Source: Ostreococcus lucimarinus (lineage: Eukaryota). Taken from it: DNA of 64,000 nucleotides. A model generated the notes under the pieces. It made no database searches and was not told the DNA's origin. It saw only the letters and a list, made by a program, of their open reading frames with translations. Positions 58,646-64,000 of the stretch are shown one piece after another; the first letter of the stretch is position 1, and each line of letters starts with the position of its first letter. Made by a program: the position numbers and the translations under genes. The stretch lies in NCBI GenBank assembly GCA_000092065.1, contig CP000587.1; one strand, written 5' to 3'.

Positions 58646-60877
58646 ATGGCGACCGCGGTCGGCGGCGCGCGCGACGCCCTCGCGCGCGCGCTGCGCGAGC
58701 TCGCGAGCGTCGCGCTGGACGAGGACGAGATCGAGTACGTCCTCGACGGCGCGATCGACGTCGACGGGACGTGCGCGCCGAGGGAGGAGTTCGTCGAGTT
58801 CGTCTGGCCCGTCATCGCGCCGTGGGTCGACGACGACGAAGCGCGCGCGCGGACGCTCGCGGGAGACGCGCGCGACGGCGTCGACGCGGCGGAGACGACG
58901 ACGGTGGAAGAAACGCGGCGCGTCGACCGCGCGCCGGTGTGCCTGGGCGAGGGCTGGCGCGAGGGCGTCGAGCGGGAGGACGCGGCGCGAAGGGCGACGG
59001 CGGCGGCGGCGGGCGTCGCGAAAATGTTCGTCGGGAAGGATGGACGCGGCGACGCGGTCGAGTCGAGGGTGGGGATGCGGGACCGGGAGAAAGCGAGGCG
59101 GGCGGGCGAGCGCTTGGCGGCGAGCGCGGCGGATGAACGGCGCGAGATGGTGGCGAATTTGACGGCGGCGCGGGAACGCGCGGCGCGGGCGCGCGTCGAG
59201 GGACGCGCCAGGGCGTTGTCGAACGTCGAGCTCGGGCCTTTCGCGGTGCCGAATCCGGGAGGGGGGGCGGATTTGATCGAAGACGCGAGCGTGACGCTGG
59301 TGCCGGGAAGACGATACGGCCTGATCGGGCGAAACGGTAAGGGAAAGTCGACGCTGTTGAAATTCCTCGCCGCGCGAAGAGTCGAAGGCATCGACGAGTC
59401 GTACAGCGTGCACTACGTCACGCAAGAGGTCGAGCTGACCGCGGAAGAAGAAGATATGCTCCCCGGAGACGTGGTTTTGCGCGCAGACCTGCAGCGGTGG
59501 TTGCTTCTGGAGGAGCAGATGAAATTAGAATCGAGCGAAGACGCGCTCGCGGTGGCGCGTTTGCAAGAGGTCAACGGCATGCTCGACGCCATCGGGTCGG
59601 CGAGCGCTCCCGCGCGCGTCAGTGTGCTGCTGAAAAATCTCGGGTTTTCCGACGCTCTCATCGCGAGGCCGATGAAAGCGCTCAGCGGGGGATGGCGAGT
59701 GCGCACGGCGCTCGCGGCGGCTTTGTTCGCGCAGCCTGACATTCTGTTTCTCGACGAACCGACAAACCATTTGTCGATTTCGGCGGTGATGTTTTTGAGT
59801 CGCGAGTTGTCGACAAATTCCGTGTGGTCGTCCCGAATCATCGTCACCGTTTCGCACGACCGTCACTTTCTTGATGAGGTCACGACGGACTCCATGCACA
59901 TTTCTGGCGCCGCGAAACGGCTTTCATCGCATCGCATGCCGTACAGCGCGTGGGCCAAGAAAAGACGCGAACAGCAGCTCGCGTTGAAGCGACGCGTAGA
60001 ACAGAGGCAAGAAAAAATAGATAAGCTGAAAGAGTTCGCCGGACACGGGTTCAGATACGGCGGAAGCTCGTCGGCGATTAACATGATGAAGAAGAAAGAG
60101 CTCGAGGCGAAGAAGCTCGAGCTCGAGGCGGGAGACGAGGCGAGCCTGATGGCGGATCTCGAGGAAGACGCCGAGCTCGCGCTCAATCTTCAAGCGGGTG
60201 GAGAGCTTCGTCAAAATATCGTTCGCTTCGACGGCGTATCTTTCGCGTACCCGGGTGGCGACGAGCTCTTCGCCGACGTCGACTTGAGCGTGGATTCAAA
60301 GTCACGCGTCGTCTTACTTGGGGAAAACGGCCAAGGGAAGACGACGATGGTAAAAATCATCACGGGCGAGTTGGAGCCCACGAGCGGGTTGGTGACGCGC
60401 GATCGCGGCGCGCGCGTGTGCTTGGTGAACCAGCACCACGCTGAGCAGCTCGCGTACGATAAAACGCCGCTGGCTTTCATGCTCGACGCTTTTCCGGGAG
60501 ATGGCAGTTACAACCACGAACAAAAGCTTCGAAGTCATCTCAGTGGATGCGGCGTTCTCACCGAGTTGCAAAACGTCCCGGCGCTCGCGCTCTCCGGCGG
60601 GCAAAAGTCGCGAGTCGCCATGGCGGCTGTGTCGTTTCAGGCGCCACACTTGATCATCCTCGACGAGCCGACGAACAATTTAGATCTCGAGTCGTGCGAA
60701 GCTTTGGCGGAAGCTATCGAAAATTTCAAAGGAGGCGTCGTGTTGGTGAGTCATGATCAATACTTTGTCGAGCGCGTCGCGAAAGAAGTCGTCGTCATCG
60801 AAAACGGCGCCGTCAAGCGTCTCGAGTCGTTCGCGAGTTACAAAAAGTCAATCGCGAAGAAACTCGCGAACGCGTAG
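58646..60877 (+). CDS. ABCF: ABC-F family ATPase (two NBDs, no TMD; GCN20/ABC50-like)
   Basis: Two Walker A motifs (GRNGKGKST, GENGQGKTT), two ABC signatures (LSGGWRVRTALA, LSGGQKSRVAMA), Walker B LDEPTNHL/LDEPTNNLD, and a coiled linker between the NBDs. The start is set at MATAVGG. Confidence 0.9.
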   Translation: MATAVGGARDALARALRELASVALDEDEIEYVLDGAIDVDGTCAPREEFVEFVWPVIAPWVDDDEARARTLAGDARDGVDAAETTTVEETRRVDRAPVCLGEGWREGVEREDAARRATAAAAGVAKMFVGKDGRGDAVESRVGMRDREKARRAGERLAASAADERREMVANLTAARERAARARVEGRARALSNVELGPFAVPNPGGGADLIEDASVTLVPGRRYGLIGRNGKGKSTLLKFLAARRVEGIDESYSVHYVTQEVELTAEEEDMLPGDVVLRADLQRWLLLEEQMKLESSEDALAVARLQEVNGMLDAIGSASAPARVSVLLKNLGFSDALIARPMKALSGGWRVRTALAAALFAQPDILFLDEPTNHLSISAVMFLSRELSTNSVWSSRIIVTVSHDRHFLDEVTTDSMHISGAAKRLSSHRMPYSAWAKKRREQQLALKRRVEQRQEKIDKLKEFAGHGFRYGGSSSAINMMKKKELEAKKLELEAGDEASLMADLEEDAELALNLQAGGELRQNIVRFDGVSFAYPGGDELFADVDLSVDSKSRVVLLGENGQGKTTMVKIITGELEPTSGLVTRDRGARVCLVNQHHAEQLAYDKTPLAFMLDAFPGDGSYNHEQKLRSHLSGCGVLTELQNVPALALSGGQKSRVAMAAVSFQAPHLIILDEPTNNLDLESCEALAEAIENFKGGVVLVSHDQYFVERVAKEVVVIENGAVKRLESFASYKKSIAKKLANA

Positions 60878-61018
60878 CGGTCGATAGCGAATAGGTTGTT
60901 AGAAGCAGTATAGATGTCGTGGGGTGGTATTGAATTGCGTTTAGATTAGAAACAGGCGGCGTGCACGCGGCGGCGTCTCCTAAAACTACGTATCCTGTCG
61001 TCGAGATTTCGTCGGCGT

Positions 61019-61633
61019 TTACCACTCGAAATCCGCCGCGGGGTTGTCGCCAGAGTCGGAGTCGGAGTCATCCAAGAACAAGCCCTTGTCGCGCAAGTAG
61101 TTGATGGCCGCCGTCAAAGCATTGTCCTTGAACTTCAAGTAGTACTTGCCGTTGTCGGTGTCTTCGGAGATGCTCGCCGTCGCCCACGTCGCCGTGGAAC
61201 TTTCCGCCGGCGCGCCACCGACGCCACCACCGAGATCGGTATCGCACACCGCCTTCATCCATTCAGTGGCGTTCAACTTGTCCTTCAACGGTTCCGCGAC
61301 GTACGCGACCATGGCGATCTTATTCGTCTGGTCGTTGTGTCCGATGATGAGCTTCGAGATGTGCCCCGAGCAGCCCTTACGCTCTTCCTCGTTCGCCGGA
61401 TCCGGAATCGCGTTCATCCCCTCCATGGAGACTTCAAGCAATTCGACCGAATCACCGGCTTCGGTCATTCGCGTGCAAAAGCACGTGAGCCCGGACATGT
61501 CCGCCGCGCCCTCGATCTCCACGCCCTTCTTCCCGCCCTCCTTCAAGCACTTCGCGATCTTCTTCTCCGCGATTCCCGCCGCCTTCGCGGCGTCGCACTT
61601 CGGCCATTCCTGCGTCCGCGATCGATCCATCAC
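61019..61633 (-). CDS. conserved hypothetical protein with acidic Ser/Asp-rich C-terminus
   Basis: 204-aa ORF with coding-like composition (…MSGLTCFCTRMTEAGDSVELLEVSMEGMNAIPDPANEEERKGCSGHISKLIIGHNDQ…LFLDDSDSDSGDNPAADFEW). Family not recognised. Confidence 0.5.
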   Translation of the reverse strand: MMDRSRTQEWPKCDAAKAAGIAEKKIAKCLKEGGKKGVEIEGAADMSGLTCFCTRMTEAGDSVELLEVSMEGMNAIPDPANEEERKGCSGHISKLIIGHNDQTNKIAMVAYVAEPLKDKLNATEWMKAVCDTDLGGGVGGAPAESSTATWATASISEDTDNGKYYLKFKDNALTAAINYLRDKGLFLDDSDSDSGDNPAADFEW

Positions 61634-62515
61634 CGATCGTCAGTCCTCCGTCGTCGCTCGTCGCGCCTCTCGTCGCGCCGATCCGCGATCGCGCCGATCG
61701 CCGCGGCATCCTTCCGCTAGGTCGTCCGTCATCATTAATCATCTCGCGTTCGCTCGCGTCTCCCGTCGCGTCGTCGTCCCTCGCGCGTCGCCGACGATCG
61801 TCGATTTGGTTTCGCGCGTCGTCGCGTCGCGTCGTCGCGCACCGTGGTGAAAGACATCGTCGTCGTCGTCGAGTTCTGGCGCGATCGGTCGAGCCGCCGC
61901 CGCCGCGCGCGCGCGCGAAACCCTAACGTCGCGATCGGATTTATGCGATGCGCGCCATTTAGTTCTAAATGGACGTTGTATACGGAGACGCCAGAACGCG
62001 ACGCGCGATGGGCGCGCGCGACGCCGACGCGGCGTGCGCGCTGCGCGACGACGAGGGTGCGCGCGCGCGTCGAGCGCGCGTCGCGCGCGGCGCGATGATT
62101 CGACGCGTGGGACCGCGCGCCGGTGCATCGAAGACGACGATGACGACCACGACGATGATGAACGACTTTTTGCTGGACGACGACGCGAGGACGACGCGAC
62201 GACGACGCGAGGACTGACGACTCGACGACGATCGCGACGCGCAGTGTCGAACGCGCTGTTCGAGCTCACCGCCCTGGCCGGGCTGGACGTGCGACGGGAG
62301 GTGCACGACGCGGTGCTGGAGCTGTCGCGCGCGCGCGTGGTGCCGACGGCGACGGCGCAGGTGCTTCGCTCGCTCGCGAGCAAGGCGGCGGACGCGCGCG
62401 CGGCTGGACTCGAGGACGCGTTGCGCGCGCCCGCGCGCGAGTAGGCGCGACGCCGTGGTGGCGTGAGTGTGTTTGTATTCGTAACGCGCGCGTCACAGCG
62501 CGCCTCGAGCTCGAC

Positions 62516-63055
62516 ATGATCGGTCTGAAGACGTCGCCCCTCGCCGCGCCGGTCGTCGTTCGTCGACGACGCGCGCGCGCGATCGCGCGCGCGGGGCCGT
62601 TTGACTTTCTTCGAAACAACAAAGACGTCGGCGGTCGCGACACGACGTGGGAGGCGCAACAAGAGATTCTGAAGAAGCGTCGGTCGGGCGCCAATCTCGG
62701 AAAGGAAGTCGCCGCGAGACGCGCCAAGGTGTCGAGATTCGTCAATAAAAAGCTCCCGGCGGCGGAACAGAAGGCGATCGAGGCGAAGAATCGAGCGAAG
62801 GCGAACGCGCTGTCGAAGGAGGCCGTCACGGGTGGGATTCCGTTGCCGATGATATCTTTGGGAATGCCAGAGTTCGACGGCGGCGAGCGATTCGATTTGA
62901 GAGGAAAGTACGTGGACGAGGGATGGGTGGACCCGGAAGACGCGAAGGCCGCGGCGGGCGATTGGTTGTTCGGTGGAGCGTTCAAGAAGAAGGCGTCTTC
63001 GGCCCAGAAGAAGCCGGCGGCGACGCCGAAGAAGAAGGGATGGTTTGGCAAGTAA
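62516..63055 (+). CDS. hypothetical small basic protein, probably organelle-targeted
   Basis: Arg-rich presequence (MIGLKTSPLAAPVVVRRRRARAIARA) followed by a Lys-rich, coding-like sequence (…FDLRGKYVDEGWVDPEDAKAAAGDWLFGGAFKKK…). The antisense ORF 62266..63051 is Arg/Ala-rich and rejected. Confidence 0.5.
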   Translation: MIGLKTSPLAAPVVVRRRRARAIARAGPFDFLRNNKDVGGRDTTWEAQQEILKKRRSGANLGKEVAARRAKVSRFVNKKLPAAEQKAIEAKNRAKANALSKEAVTGGIPLPMISLGMPEFDGGERFDLRGKYVDEGWVDPEDAKAAAGDWLFGGAFKKKASSAQKKPAATPKKKGWFGK

Positions 63056-63132
63056 CTCGTCGCTCAATCGCTGTAAACTGTTTGATATCGCTAATCGCTA
63101 AAAGTAGGCGCTAATCGCTTTACGTTCGTTTG

Positions 63133-64000
63133 CTAACGGCGCTCGTCGACGTTCGGATCCGGAACCCACAACGCCGTGCCGCCCTCGGAACAACCGCTCG
63201 CGACGAGCATCATGCTCGGCGCCCACTTCACGCACGTGGGTAAACCGGCGTGACGCGAGCGCCAGTGGCCGGTTTGGTACCCGGTGCTGCAGCTCCACAC
63301 GTGAACGCGCGAGTCCGCGCCACCGCTCACGACGTACTCGCCGCAGGGCGAAAAACTCGCCTCCATCGGCGTCACAGCGTGCTGTTGCTGCCCCGACCCC
63401 GGCACGCGAATACGCATCGTGTGCTCTCCGTTGAACGCATCGAAAATCGTGATCCAGCTCCCGTTCACGGCGAGTAAACGCTTGCCGTCCGGAGAGAACT
63501 TCAGGCACGAAATCGCGGGCGGCCGCATTTGCGGGTTGTTGTCTGGGTTCGGGAACAACTCTTTGCCCGCGTTATCGATGTACGTCTCAAACTGCGCGAA
63601 CGCGCCTTGGCTGTAACTATTCGTCCCGTACAGCTTAATCCCGCCGTCACCTTCCGTCACCGCGAACACGTCTCCCTGCGCGTCCGTCGCCACGTACGGA
63701 ATCGCCGGACACTCTGGAATCACCGCGCAGCACTTCGGCGTCCGCAAGTCCCACATTCGCACCGTGAGATCCGCGCTTCCGGTCAAAAAGCAATCGTTCG
63801 TCGAGTTCATCGCGATCGACGTCACCGCATCGGTGTGTCCCTTGAAATATCGCAGGTACGTGTTATCGTGCAGCGAGTGATACCTCACCGCGTGGTCGTC
63901 GATCGCCGCCCCGCCCGCGCCCTTGTTCCTCGACCCGTAAATCACCGCCGCCGCGCTGTGCGTGAAGCACACGTTCGTGCACCCGTACTTTTTACTGTAC
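63133..64000 (-). CDS. WDR82: WDR82/Swd2-like WD40 protein (partial; N-terminus lies beyond the window end)
   Basis: Colinear with human WDR82: …SKKYGCTNVCFTHSAAAVIYGS… ([23 protein letters not shown]), AVRYHSLHDNTYLRYFKGH (TIRYLSLHDNKYIRYFPGH), LTVRMWDLRTPKC, KLYGTNSYSQGAF, FSPDGKRLL, VHVWS. The reading frame stays open upstream of the ORF-track GTG to position 64000. Confidence 0.85.
   Translation of the reverse strand, partial: YSKKYGCTNVCFTHSAAAVIYGSRNKGAGGAAIDDHAVRYHSLHDNTYLRYFKGHTDAVTSIAMNSTNDCFLTGSADLTVRMWDLRTPKCCAVIPECPAIPYVATDAQGDVFAVTEGDGGIKLYGTNSYSQGAFAQFETYIDNAGKELFPNPDNNPQMRPPAISCLKFSPDGKRLLAVNGSWITIFDAFNGEHTMRIRVPGSGQQQHAVTPMEASFSPCGEYVVSGGADSRVHVWSCSTGYQTGHWRSRHAGLPTCVKWAPSMMLVASGCSEGGTALWVPDPNVDERR

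Noticed and set aside
61739-63067. 442-aa minus-strand Arg-rich ORF and the 62266..63051 ORF
   Set aside because: Arg/Ala-rich. They overlap the coding-like plus-strand 62516..63055 gene and the divergent spacer. No domain.

Overview
The window is nuclear DNA from a very GC-rich (~65%), gene-dense green alga. The composition, tiny intergenic spacers and the set of plant/plastid-type genes point to a Mamiellophyceae (Micromonas-like) prasinophyte; this is inference. Those genes are violaxanthin de-epoxidase, a redox-regulated chloroplast ATP synthase gamma subunit, a chloroplast-type RNA-binding protein, an OPR/FASTK-like helical-repeat protein and a CONSTANS-like B-box/CCT gene. It is not prokaryotic: there are no operons, no CRISPR array and no defence island. 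I call about 45 protein-coding genes at roughly one per 1.4 kb. Most are intronless. Four genes need short GT-AG introns that the ORF track splits: ubiquitin-S27a, chloroplast atpC, SPF27/BCAS2 and the CONSTANS-like gene. All four introns share a GTGCGY donor and a GGGACTGAC / GAGACTGAC branch-point-like motif. The supplied ORF track accepts GTG start codons and, because stop codons are rare at this GC content, reports many long Arg/Ala-rich ORFs in non-coding frames (up to 977 aa), which I reject. Recognisable genes include CDP-diacylglycerol synthase, an RNI-like LRR protein, RNase T2, a cytochrome b561 protein, a tandem universal-stress protein, a 2H cyclic phosphodiesterase, an N-myristoylated EF-hand protein, a VDE-family enzyme, an F-box/LRR protein, an HPAT/SGT-like glycosyltransferase, aldehyde dehydrogenase, plant-type glutaminyl cyclase, TIP41, malic enzyme, a formin, a DUF72 protein, a class II histone deacetylase, a UbiE/COQ5 methyltransferase, anthranilate synthase alpha, a TRF4-like poly(A) polymerase, tRNA-splicing endonuclease Sen34, an ABC-F ATPase and WDR82 (partial, at the window edge). 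I did not find a discrete multi-gene 'system'. The most unusual loci are a CHD1-derived gene that keeps its tandem chromodomains but has lost all three SNF2 ATPase motifs (I, II, III) and the helicase-C half; a 642-aa secreted multi-CC cysteine-rich protein; an 81-aa protein that is only an SNH domain; and repeat or palindrome elements at convergent 3' ends. Coordinates I computed myself (intron boundaries, refined starts) may be off by 1-2 nt.
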